A stretch of 20,000 bases of DNA from an uncultured virus (IMG/VR IMGVR_UViG_3300010885_066780) (IMGVR_UViG_3300010885_066780); one strand, 5' to 3'; counted from the first letter of the stretch, positions 1 through 7,653 are shown. Made by a program: numbers and translations. Notes: a model not told the origin generated them from the letters alone.

Positions 1-988
1 TTCTAACCCTTAACATACCAACCAAACAACTACCAACAGGACCCCATAGGTCATCACCTTTAACAGGCTGTGCCCAATCAGCTTGAATAAAATAAGTTTG
101 AAAATTGCCTATTTTTGCAGCTTCTTGAATTTCTTTTTTAGTATGGTTAGCACCATGCCATTCTTCATCTGAATAATAAAACACCCAAACTGGTTTGGTT
201 TGACTTTTTTGTTTGATATTTTCTAAAGCTGCATGGGCTTGTTGCGACAAATGCGCATTTTCTTGCTTATCTAACTCTTCTTGTTTACGAGTATCTTTTG
301 CTTTTTTGCTCCAAGGAATGAATTCTGGAAGTTCGAATTCATTTAGCGACATTTTAGTATCATAGTCAGGGCATGCATCTTGTACAATTTCTATTATTTT
401 AGCCACATTATTTGCAATGTTAGGCATTTGATTGATTATGCCTCTATTGCCAATTCCTGGGTTTCTTTTTATTATTTCATTTCTATCGTCTCTTTCATCT
501 GGAGTTCTAGGCATATCTGAACCCCACATACTGTCAGTATGATGAATTTCGCTTTTTACTAATTGACCTTTCCAAAACAAATAGCTTGTCGGGATAGTAC
601 GAATACCTAGAATACCTTCTAAATATCCACTAATTCTTCCGGTAGCATCATCGTCAATATCACTAATGTTAGTTGATTGATAATCTAGCACAAAATAAGT
701 TTGGAAATTTCCAAGTCGCGCAGCATCCTTAACTTCTTGTTTCATACTTTCATCAGAGTTATCATGAAAAAATAACCAAACCGGACTAATGTAACTGTTT
801 GCTTTAATGGTTTCAAGTTCATGTTCAGCTGCTGCTCGATCTTGTTGATCTTGTACCTTTTGTTCTCGTGTAGCAATCGCTCTCTTGCTTCCTGGAATGA
901 ATTCTGGAAGTTCGAATTCATTTAGCGATTCTTTTGAATCGATTCCTTCAAGTAGGTTGATTATTTTTCTGATTTGTTCAGTACTCAT
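1..988 (-). CDS. Hypothetical late/virion protein with internal ~193-aa tandem repeat (3' end outside window)
   Basis: ATG at 988 (MSTEQIRKIINLLE...), GGAG RBS at 995-998, TATAAATA motif at ~1011-1018; frame open to window edge, so absent from ORF track; SLNEFELPEFIP...GNFQTYF occurs twice. Confidence 0.85.
   Translation of the reverse strand, partial: MSTEQIRKIINLLEGIDSKESLNEFELPEFIPGSKRAIATREQKVQDQQDRAAAEHELETIKANSYISPVWLFFHDNSDESMKQEVKDAARLGNFQTYFVLDYQSTNISDIDDDATGRISGYLEGILGIRTIPTSYLFWKGQLVKSEIHHTDSMWGSDMPRTPDERDDRNEIIKRNPGIGNRGIINQMPNIANNVAKIIEIVQDACPDYDTKMSLNEFELPEFIPWSKKAKDTRKQEELDKQENAHLSQQAHAALENIKQKSQTKPVWVFYYSDEEWHGANHTKKEIQEAAKIGNFQTYFIQADWAQPVKGDDLWGPVGSCLVGMLRVR
315..349. repeat. 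35-bp exact direct repeat, copy 1 (copy 2 at 894-928)
   Basis: GGAATGAATTCTGGAAGTTCGAATTCATTTAGCGA at 315-349 and 894-928, 579 bp (193 codons) apart. Confidence 0.95.
894..928. repeat. 35-bp exact direct repeat, copy 2
   Basis: Identical to 315-349. Confidence 0.95.
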
Positions 989-1032
989 TGTATACTCCAA
1001 ATGTATTAGCTATTTATATATATATGATAAAT

Positions 1033-1374
1033 TCACCGTAATTGAACCAAGTCAGGATTGTCAGCAATGAAATCCTGTATCAGAAAAATCAAAGACAGTA
1101 TTTCAGGATCCGCCGCTCTAGAAAATTGATTGAAAATTCCCAGATAATTCATTCGATAGTAGGCAATTAATCTTTCAGCAATTACCAGATCATCTGTCAA
1201 TAAATTGGCATGGTGAAAGATGATTTCTGCTATGGCAATACCATGTTTCAATTCAGTTTTTGAACCAGCTACTGCCCCCACTATTTGAACAAAGTCAATT
1301 CCAGCTTGTCGGGCATGTTCTTCAAACCGTTGAGAAATTTCTATCAAGCCAGGATCAGCAGGGTCAATTTTCAC
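1033..1374 (-). CDS. Hypothetical protein, 113 aa
   Basis: GTG start just downstream of TATAAATA late-promoter motif; fills gap between tRNA-Gly and next gene. Confidence 0.7.
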   Translation of the reverse strand: MKIDPADPGLIEISQRFEEHARQAGIDFVQIVGAVAGSKTELKHGIAIAEIIFHHANLLTDDLVIAERLIAYYRMNYLGIFNQFSRAADPEILSLIFLIQDFIADNPDLVQLR

Positions 1375-1391
1375 CTATTATTTATAGATTG

Positions 1392-1464
1392 TGGAGCGAA
1401 TGCTGGTATTCGAAACCAGTGGGTCTGACAGGCAATCGGACTCCTCTCCCAGGAGGACATTCGC
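1392..1464 (-). tRNA. tRNA-Gly(GCC), atypical
   Basis: Acceptor GCGAATG/CATTCGC, U73, CCA; loop TT-GCC-TG; T arm CTGGT-TTCGAAT-ACCAG (U53-A61). Confidence 0.85.
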
Positions 1465-1472
1465 ATAAATTA

Positions 1473-1563
1473 TGGAGGATAGCGGAGAGAACGATTCCCA
1501 TACCATTTGAAAGGTACCAACTGTTTAGCAAACAGCGCCAACCACCCGGTTGATTCACTATCC
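1473..1563 (-). tRNA. tRNA-Ser(GCT), 8/4 fold with 6-bp D stem
   Basis: Acceptor GGATAGTG/CGCTATCC (8 bp), T stem GGGA/TCTC (4 bp), D arm TCAACC-GGGT-GGTTGG, long variable arm, loop TT-GCT-AA, CCA. Confidence 0.9.
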
Positions 1564-1566
1564 AAA

Positions 1567-1653
1567 TTATTTAAATGTGAACCAAGCTACCAGTCCCCAA
1601 AACACACTGGGAATTAATAAACAGATCCACATTCCAATATATCCTTTTTTCAT
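1567..1653 (-). CDS. Possible small membrane peptide, 28 aa
   Basis: MKKGYIGMWICLLIPSVFWGLVAWFTFK; hydrophobic, fills intergenic gap; no clear RBS. Confidence 0.4.
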   Translation of the reverse strand: MKKGYIGMWICLLIPSVFWGLVAWFTFK

Positions 1654-1673
1654 ATTTTAATTATATGAATTCG

Positions 1674-2978
1674 TTAATTGGAGTCAAGATGTTGTTGCGC
1701 AATATCTAAAGCATGTTCCAGGTCTGGAAAAGTTATTCCTAATAATTGTATAGCAGAAATAAGCATTACTGCTTCTTTGTAGTTTTTGCTCACCGTCAAT
1801 AGAGGAACAATAGTTTTCATGATTTCTCGATGAACAACTCGATCACTTTTCTTAGCAGGATCGGCAGCAACTTGGCGAACTACCGCAGCAATATCAGGAT
1901 AAGCAGTGGCATTTGATTTGAGTCTGAACCAGTCAACTGGATCAATTATGGTGGTATTAATTTGATATCGTCCATCGGATCTATCAGTCCAGTCTGCTGA
2001 AATTATATTCATTTGGTTTGTTTGCTTATTATAACGATAGGTCAAATATACTACATTGTTATTTTCAGATCCATATACTGCATAATAAGCGATCTTAAAT
2101 GGCATTCCCTTGAGAATCGCTACTCCGGAAGCATTACTGGAATTATCTTTCGGAGTCATTTGGTAATTGACTCCCGCAAATGTAACTATGTTTGCGTTGT
2201 TCTTTTTACACCATTCAATGAACTCATGAATAGTATTAGCGGTGGGCTGCTTGCTGAGTTTATAAGCAGTTAATCTAGCTTGTAGGTCTTTAGTGCCTTT
2301 TTCTATTTCCCAGCGAGATAACTGTCTTTTTTGTCTTTTACCCATTGCAACTTCATCCTGGAGAACGAGTTTTGCGGTCACAGGCTGGTTTTTTGTTTTG
2401 CCAAGCAGCATTATCATATTCATCAAGTCGGCTAGTGAACCAGTGTCGGTCTTTGTACCCGCTAACTTGTTGATATATTCAACTCGATTTTCTTCGCTAT
2501 AACCACCCACGTATTCATAGTCTTTAGTAGTTCGAATAGAAGAAGTAGGCAATGCGCGCAATTGTTGATTCCAAGGCAGCTCCTTGTTTATTGCTTCAAT
2601 ATCATCTTTATATGCAGACAAATCCCAGGCCATCCATTGTTCTCGACTGGCGCCAGCTAAATGATAGGCATCTGTAATTGCAAATATAACAGCTTGGTCA
2701 CCCATATAAACTGCGAATGCAACCGGATGCTTTTTATCAGCGGTTTGTTTTTTATATGCAGCTCGAATATCTTTTAGGCCATTTTTCAAAACGCTCAAAT
2801 CTATGACTGGACTGGTGTTTGATAGCCAATTATTTTGAACAAAACTAGGGTTGAATTTATTTTGTATAGTACTTGTTCTTCGACCATAATCATTTTGTTT
2901 CAACAAATCTCCCAATGGCCCCAAATTCAATTGAGCTAGGGTTCCCAAATCTTCTGTCAATACTTGCCAAAGTCTCAT
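1674..2978 (-). CDS. Hypothetical late/virion protein, ~434 aa
   Basis: Long ORF; N-terminus MRLWQVLTE resembles a capsid-targeting propeptide; ATAAATAG upstream at 3001-3008. Confidence 0.85.
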   Translation of the reverse strand: MRLWQVLTEDLGTLAQLNLGPLGDLLKQNDYGRRTSTIQNKFNPSFVQNNWLSNTSPVIDLSVLKNGLKDIRAAYKKQTADKKHPVAFAVYMGDQAVIFAITDAYHLAGASREQWMAWDLSAYKDDIEAINKELPWNQQLRALPTSSIRTTKDYEYVGGYSEENRVEYINKLAGTKTDTGSLADLMNMIMLLGKTKNQPVTAKLVLQDEVAMGKRQKRQLSRWEIEKGTKDLQARLTAYKLSKQPTANTIHEFIEWCKKNNANIVTFAGVNYQMTPKDNSSNASGVAILKGMPFKIAYYAVYGSENNNVVYLTYRYNKQTNQMNIISADWTDRSDGRYQINTTIIDPVDWFRLKSNATAYPDIAAVVRQVAADPAKKSDRVVHREIMKTIVPLLTVSKNYKEAVMLISAIQLLGITFPDLEHALDIAQQHLDSN

Positions 2979-3000
2979 CAATACACCAAATGTCTATTGA

Positions 3001-3017
3001 CTATTTATCATAAATAG
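3001..3017. promoter_or_regulatory. Back-to-back (bidirectional) T4-like late promoter motifs
   Basis: Perfect inverted repeat CTATTTAT-C-ATAAATAG between divergent genes. Confidence 0.7.
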
Positions 3018-3020
3018 TGG

Positions 3021-4448
3021 ATGCGTTACTGGGAAATAATAAACGAAGCTCTGAACATGGAGCTTACTATTCAAAATTGGGCCAAGCCACTTCGTGATCG
3101 AGTCAAAAGAGATACGAAATTTTCAATTCCGCCGCAAATGACAGATCAAGAATTGATTGATTGGTTTGCTCAATGGGATCCAACCAAAGCTAAAAAATAT
3201 TTGATCAATTGGATCTTACCACGATATGTCTGGGGTGGAATCAACTATGCAGAAGACTTGGAAGGAGTGCACGATGATCTAGCTAACTTTGATCGATTCA
3301 AACAACGCATGCCTGAAAAGGATATTCTAAAAATAAAGACGGCTGCTGAATTGGCGACTATGGTCCGTGAAACACTGAAACCACCTGGTAGCATAGACGG
3401 TCCAAATGGCACAATACCACCGGCTGAAGTACAAGCCGCTCATTCAGAATCCATAAAGGTATTTGAAGACGACACCAATCTGATTGTTATTCCTCTAACT
3501 GCTCGTGCAGCTGGATTCTGGGGACGCCATTCCAATTGGTGCACTGCCTATGGTTATAAATGGGGCAACTATCCTGATCGAACTAGTTGGTTTGAACAAT
3601 ATAATAATGAAGGACAACGATTGTTGACGGTTTTGAATAAACAAGATCCAGAAGCAATTGGATTGAATTTTCAATGTCATTATGATGGTCAATTTGGTGA
3701 AGCAAGTCAGATTATGGATTTGACAGATTATGATGCGATTGACGATAATAAATTGGCCAAAATATTTGAAAAATTATCTAATAGTCAATTGGAAATTATT
3801 GCCAAAAATTGTTTGGCGTATTATGATGTTGAAACCGACAATACCAGTCGATTCGACATTCATTCAACTAACAAAATTACGGCAGACAGCAGACTACTTG
3901 TAAAGAATATTAAATTTCCAGACTTGATAAAAGTACATGGTAATGACACGGCCAAATGGGCTTGGCAAACAATAGTTGGTGACCGGCATTTTGATACCCC
4001 ATATTTTGAAGAAAATCTGGAAACTATTGTGGAAGATCGATTACCTAGAAAACTCCGAGACAAGTTGGCCGCTTGGTTAGATAAAAAATATCCCGATTCC
4101 GAAAACGAATCCATTGCTGATTGCTTGGAAAATAATGACGAATATCAAATTATTGAAACACTGAAAAGTGAGAATTACAATGCTTTTCGGAATGGTTGCG
4201 AAGGTGCTATGTGGCAGGCATTCGACGAAGCTGTTTCAGAAGCCAATATTCAATTGATGGAACCTCACAACTATGAAGGACTGTGTTCAGTCATTGGTCC
4301 CAAAGTCATTGATTTCTTGAGTTATCCACGTTTTCGTGAAGATCCAGATGACAATCAATTAATTGTGTTGCAGGAACCCAATTATGGTTGGGATGGATAT
4401 GATAAATCAATTTGGGAACAAGGTGAGATAGAAGCGCTGTTGATTTAA
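3021..4448 (+). CDS. Hypothetical late/virion protein, 475 aa, with WCT-motif domain common in large phages
   Basis: N-terminus MRYWEIINE; segment LIVIPLT-AA-FWG-SNWCTA-F-QY; ATG 3 nt after ATAAATAG. Confidence 0.85.
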   Translation: MRYWEIINEALNMELTIQNWAKPLRDRVKRDTKFSIPPQMTDQELIDWFAQWDPTKAKKYLINWILPRYVWGGINYAEDLEGVHDDLANFDRFKQRMPEKDILKIKTAAELATMVRETLKPPGSIDGPNGTIPPAEVQAAHSESIKVFEDDTNLIVIPLTARAAGFWGRHSNWCTAYGYKWGNYPDRTSWFEQYNNEGQRLLTVLNKQDPEAIGLNFQCHYDGQFGEASQIMDLTDYDAIDDNKLAKIFEKLSNSQLEIIAKNCLAYYDVETDNTSRFDIHSTNKITADSRLLVKNIKFPDLIKVHGNDTAKWAWQTIVGDRHFDTPYFEENLETIVEDRLPRKLRDKLAAWLDKKYPDSENESIADCLENNDEYQIIETLKSENYNAFRNGCEGAMWQAFDEAVSEANIQLMEPHNYEGLCSVIGPKVIDFLSYPRFREDPDDNQLIVLQEPNYGWDGYDKSIWEQGEIEALLI

Positions 4449-4449
4449 T

Positions 4450-4524
4450 TGGGGTCTCTAGATGGAATCGCACCATCATGCCCGGGATATGAATCCGGTC
4501 CACTCGCTGTTGTGGTATAGAGAC
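4450..4524 (-). tRNA. tRNA-Met (or Ile2) (CAT)
   Basis: Acceptor GTCTCTA/TAGAGAC, C73, CCA; D stem CCAC/GTGG; loop TT-CAT-AT; T loop TGCGATT. Confidence 0.85.
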
Positions 4525-4542
4525 ATGAATATTCAAAAATTG

Positions 4543-5766
4543 TTATTCGTCATCTTCTTCATCATCAGTTGCATTGTCATCATGATTATCAGTTGTTCCA
4601 CTTGATGGATGTGAAGAGATGAAATTATAATCACTAGAAGTTCCTATATTTTCAGAAAATGTCATGCTCAATATTTTTTTACCAACATTTAATGGATCTA
4701 GTATACGTTTAGTGTAGTTATTGATTGCATTGACTTGTCCACGCGAATATCTCGCAATTATTCTAAACATAAGCAGGAAATCAGTATAATTGCTTGTTGA
4801 TGGCAATAATAAAAAGACTGATGACATAGCTCGAGATTGAATCATTGAGAATAATATACTACCAATAGTCACATGTATACGAACATCACGAATTCGAGGT
4901 AGCTGTCGCCCTGCACTGCCAGTTATTTTTATTTCCCAGGGATATTCCATTCTTTCATGAACATTTTCCATATCCACTTGTATTTGTTGACCATGTTCAG
5001 TTACAAATACGCATCGCATATGCCAAGCGCTATTGATTGTTTGGCTATAATCATATCTTTCTTTTTTATCCAAAATTGAATCTGATTTTAAAAATTCTGG
5101 CAGTGCTTCATTAAATGCATACTGCAATGAAGTTTCAACATCATCGATGCGACTTCTACGGATTTCCTTCACTCGGTTAACTAATATGTTCGTTATGCTA
5201 CTTTTTAGATACGATTCAGCATCAATTGCGCATACGACTAAAACATTTGATAATCTATTTGGTTGGATGTTTGTTTGATTTAAAGCAGTATTATCTTTTG
5301 CTAGATCTAATGTTACCCATCCAAATTTTTTCCCCAATCTGTTAGCTAAAGCACGGTATAATTTGTCATGACTATCTGTAGCTGGGTGACACTTAAAAAA
5401 TACTGGTTGAAATTTAATAATTACTTCTTCTAATGATTGCCTTACTGCTGAAAAAACTCTAGCAGCAGTAGATCCATAATTGTTAGAAACTCCAAATTCG
5501 CCGTCAACACTAAATTCAACATCATAACCAAATGCATTGCCAATATAAATTGCATCAAAGGTTATTTTAAATCTTAAAAATTCACCTTCTTGATCTCTAA
5601 TACGAGTGGAAGCATGTATAGATTTTTTGAGATTTCCACGCCATTCAAAGTCATATTTGGTATCAAGATATTCTAGAAACATATCTTTGTGATTTTCATT
5701 ATGTGGTTTTTTCAAACTTAAAGTTTCAAATAAATTAATAAACCTTCTTATTTCTTCAGAACTCAT
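4543..5766 (-). CDS. Hypothetical late/virion protein, ~407 aa, acidic C-terminus
   Basis: Likely start ATG 5766 (MSSEEIRRFINLFE, same N-terminal class as genes at 988 and 7829); ATAAATAC motif at 5791-5798. Confidence 0.85.
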   Translation of the reverse strand: MSSEEIRRFINLFETLSLKKPHNENHKDMFLEYLDTKYDFEWRGNLKKSIHASTRIRDQEGEFLRFKITFDAIYIGNAFGYDVEFSVDGEFGVSNNYGSTAARVFSAVRQSLEEVIIKFQPVFFKCHPATDSHDKLYRALANRLGKKFGWVTLDLAKDNTALNQTNIQPNRLSNVLVVCAIDAESYLKSSITNILVNRVKEIRRSRIDDVETSLQYAFNEALPEFLKSDSILDKKERYDYSQTINSAWHMRCVFVTEHGQQIQVDMENVHERMEYPWEIKITGSAGRQLPRIRDVRIHVTIGSILFSMIQSRAMSSVFLLLPSTSNYTDFLLMFRIIARYSRGQVNAINNYTKRILDPLNVGKKILSMTFSENIGTSSDYNFISSHPSSGTTDNHDDNATDDEEDDE

Positions 5767-5803
5767 TGAATGACCACTTAATAATTTCAAGTATTTATTC
5801 AAT

Positions 5804-5878
5804 TGGATGAAGCGATTGGGGTCGAACCAATAACTACCGATCCAGAGTCGGTCGTTTTACCAGTTAAACTACGCTTCA
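5804..5878 (-). tRNA. tRNA-Gln(CTG)
   Basis: TGAAGCG/CGCTTCA acceptor (U1-A72), ACCGA-CT-CTG-GA-TCGGT, TTCGA T loop, CCA. Confidence 0.95.
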
Positions 5879-5884
5879 AAATTT

Positions 5885-5959
5885 TGGCGCAGATGACCAG
5901 GATCGCACTGGCCTAACCCGTTAGACAGACGGGCCTCTTCACTAGATGAGTACACCTGC
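5885..5959 (-). tRNA. tRNA-Asp(GTC)
   Basis: GCAGGTG/CATCTGC acceptor, G73, CCCGT-CT-GTC-TA-ACGGG, T loop TGCGATC, CCA. Confidence 0.9.
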
Positions 5960-5967
5960 ATTATAGT

Positions 5968-6061
5968 TGGCGGAGGAAGGGTCGTATTGCACGCCTAACC
6001 GGGTCCTAGCCGGTTCTACAGTTTTCAAGACTGTCGTTGGAACTTTCCAACATCATCCTCC
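5968..6061 (-). tRNA. tRNA-Ser(TGA), atypical (8/4-like, 6-bp D stem)
   Basis: ACAGT-CT-TGA-AA-ACTGT, long variable arm AACCGG/CCGGTT, D arm GTTGGA-AAGT-TCCAAC, bulged T stem, G73, CCA. Confidence 0.85.
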
Positions 6062-6069
6062 GTGTGCTT

Positions 6070-6144
6070 TGGTACTAGCGGAAGGTAACGCTCCTTCTAC
6101 CACAGAGTTATCAGCTCTGGCCCTCACTTTTCGGACTCACTAGT
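6070..6144 (-). tRNA. tRNA-Ile(GAT)
   Basis: ACTAGTG/CGCTAGT acceptor, A73, CAGAG-CT-GAT-AA-CTCTG, T arm GAAGG-AGCGTTA-CCTTC, CCA. Confidence 0.9.
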
Positions 6145-6186
6145 ATGATTTTAAAACATTTGAGCTATGGGCACAAATAAATTTGT

Positions 6187-6420
6187 TTAAATGTCAGTTG
6201 CAGATCGGTGTGACTTATAATCACGCTCACGTTCTTGCAAATATAATCCATCTACGATAGCTGGATAAGTTTCCACAACCTGCCACCCATTGGTCCAAGT
6301 TCCCGCTTGTCGGAGCCGAACATATTTGCCTGGTATGGCATGCTCAACTGGGATCCAAGCCACATGAGTATCACCATTGACTCGTTTCAGTACCGCATGT
6401 TTATATTGATTTCGGTTCAT
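6187..6420 (-). CDS. Hypothetical protein, 77 aa
   Basis: GGAGG RBS before ATG 6420 (MNRNQYK...); the longer track ORF runs through tRNA-Asn. Confidence 0.8.
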   Translation of the reverse strand: MNRNQYKHAVLKRVNGDTHVAWIPVEHAIPGKYVRLRQAGTWTNGWQVVETYPAIVDGLYLQERERDYKSHRSATDI

Positions 6421-6450
6421 AGCTTTCCTCCTTGTGTTTGTTTGAATGAT

Positions 6451-6540
6451 TGGCTCCTGAGGGAGTAATCGAAACTCCATAACCCTTTCGGGTATACGCC
6501 GAGTTAACAGCTCGGTCACCTACCATTAGTGCACTCAGGA
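6451..6540 (-). tRNA. tRNA-Asn(GTT) with long variable arm
   Basis: TCCTGAG/CTCAGGA acceptor, G73, CCGAG-CT-GTT-AA-CTCGG, variable hairpin ACCC-GAAA-GGGT, CCA. Confidence 0.9.
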
Positions 6541-6549
6541 ATAAAAGAT

Positions 6550-6632
6550 TGGGCTACCGGGGTGGTTCCGCCCCACTTTCGACTGGGTTAAAAGGCCAGC
6601 GTCGGACTATCCTGACTATACGATCCCGGTAG
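6550..6632 (-). tRNA. tRNA-Lys(TTT)-like, 8/4 fold, enlarged D loop
   Basis: CTACCGGG/CCCGGTAG acceptor, C73, T arm GTGG-GGCGGAA-CCAC, CTGGC-CT-TTT-AA-CCCAG (C31.C39 mismatch), CCA. Confidence 0.75.
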
Positions 6633-6645
6633 ATTTTTTATTTAG

Positions 6646-6722
6646 TGGTAAGCCCTTTGGGATTTGAACCCAAAACCTACCTTCGTAGAGTCGGTCGCTC
6701 TGACCAGTTGAGCTAAGGGCTT
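6646..6722 (-). tRNA. tRNA with ambiguous anticodon arm: Arg(ACG) or amber-suppressor-like (CTA)
   Basis: Canonical acceptor AAGCCCT/AGGGCTT, D arm and TTCAAAT T arm; central segment ACCGACTCTACGAAGGTAGGTT folds in two registers. Confidence 0.8.
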
Positions 6723-6735
6723 ATATTATAAAAGT

Positions 6736-6822
6736 TGGAGAACCAGGTCAGAATCGAACTGACTAGGAGATTCCTCTCGACGAATTAAGAGTTCGTTGGA
6801 CCGACCATTGTCCATCTGGTTC
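6736..6822 (-). tRNA. tRNA-Lys(CTT) with long variable arm
   Basis: GAACCAG/CTGGTTC acceptor, U73, ACGAA-CT-CTT-AA-TTCGT, variable hairpin GAGA-GGAA-TCTC, TTCGATT, CCA. Confidence 0.9.
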
Positions 6823-6830
6823 ATATGTAG

Positions 6831-6910
6831 TGGCCCCACCCCGCTGAATTGAACAGCGTCCTCGAGTTTTTCAGACTCATGTGCTTACCATGTGAATACA
6901 CCTGAGTGGG
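6831..6910 (-). tRNA. tRNA-Phe(GAA), enlarged D loop
   Basis: CCCACTC/GGGTGGG acceptor, TGAGT-CT-GAA-AA-ACTCG, TTCAATT, CCA. Confidence 0.9.
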
Positions 6911-6919
6911 AAATTTGAA

Positions 6920-6996
6920 TGGTACGTTCGGAGGGATTTGAACCCCCAACCAACAGTTTCTAAAACTGCGCTCTCTGCCAATTGGAGTACGAACGC
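6920..6996 (-). tRNA. tRNA-Leu(TAG) lacking long variable arm
   Basis: GCGTTCG/CGAACGT acceptor, A73, GCAGT-TT-TAG-AA-ACTGT, 5-nt variable region, TTCAAAT, CCA. Confidence 0.9.
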
Positions 6997-7005
6997 ATGT
7001 AGAAT

Positions 7006-7084
7006 TGGGTGCGTCGGTGGGAAATGCTCAACCACGATCTCCGGCATATGAAACCGGCGAGATAGACTTCTTCTCTACTACGCA
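7006..7084 (-). tRNA. tRNA-Met(CAT), atypical T arm
   Basis: TGCGTAG/CGACGCA acceptor (one mismatch), CCGGT-TT-CAT-AT-GCCGG, bulged T stem with AGCATTT loop, CCA; 5' end overlaps endonuclease stop codon. Confidence 0.8.
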
Positions 7085-7623
7085 TCATTATTCTTTAGTT
7101 TGGTTTCTGATATCTTTTTTCTAATTTCATCAGGAACTACTTTACCGGTTAAGGCTTTTGCTATTTTTCCTTTAGTTTCTATAGAATGTTTTTTACCGAG
7201 ACGAGATTGTCTAATCTTTTCTATGGTTTCTGGAGAATGCTTTCGTGATTTATACTTAATTCTAGTTTCATCTGTTATGATTCTATCCGAACTTGCATAT
7301 GCAATCTTTTTCTTAGTAGAATTTGAATGACGCTTCCCCTTAAAGTGTGGACCGCCTTCGCCGCCTATACCAAGATTATATGTATCTGTTCTACTGACAA
7401 ATTCTTCAGTTATTAGTTCTTTTTCTTTGGAATTCATCTCTTCTTCTGTATCAAAGATGAATAAAACCTCTTTAGAAAATTTTTCTTTACCATATTTCTT
7501 AATGGCATCTCTTAAATGCTTTCCAGATCCTAAATAGGAATCATTTGGATCTTTGGTTTGATGTTTTCCAATATAGATTTTACCATTGATTAGGTTCTTG
7601 GTCTGATATATCGTATAGTACAT
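7078..7623 (-). CDS. GIY-YIG homing endonuclease with NUMOD3 repeats (SegB-like)
   Basis: TIY...NGKIYIG motif, YLGSG, AIKKYG; C-terminal repeats GKRHSNSTKKKI, RKHSPETIEKIR, GKKHSIETKGKI; freestanding within tRNA cluster like T4 segB. Confidence 0.92.
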   Translation of the reverse strand: MYYTIYQTKNLINGKIYIGKHQTKDPNDSYLGSGKHLRDAIKKYGKEKFSKEVLFIFDTEEEMNSKEKELITEEFVSRTDTYNLGIGGEGGPHFKGKRHSNSTKKKIAYASSDRIITDETRIKYKSRKHSPETIEKIRQSRLGKKHSIETKGKIAKALTGKVVPDEIRKKISETKLKNNDA

Positions 7624-7628
7624 TTTAT

Positions 7629-7653
7629 TACTCCTATATACGGAGTATTTATA
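7629..7653 (-). promoter_or_regulatory. Late promoter plus RBS-sequestering hairpin of the homing endonuclease
   Basis: TATAAATA (7646-7653) overlapping hairpin TACTCC-7nt-GGAGTA whose 3' arm is the RBS. Confidence 0.75.

Noticed and set aside
315..928. CRISPR array from the 35-bp palindromic repeat
   Set aside because: Only two copies, 579 bp apart, in frame within a CDS
1260..1553. 97-aa plus-strand ORF
   Set aside because: Antisense to two tRNA genes and a CDS
4306..4536. 76-aa minus-strand ORF
   Set aside because: Runs through tRNA(CAT) 4450-4524 and is antisense to the 475-aa gene
6421..6519. N-terminal extension of ORF 6187..6519
   Set aside because: Lies in tRNA-Asn; strong RBS supports ATG 6420
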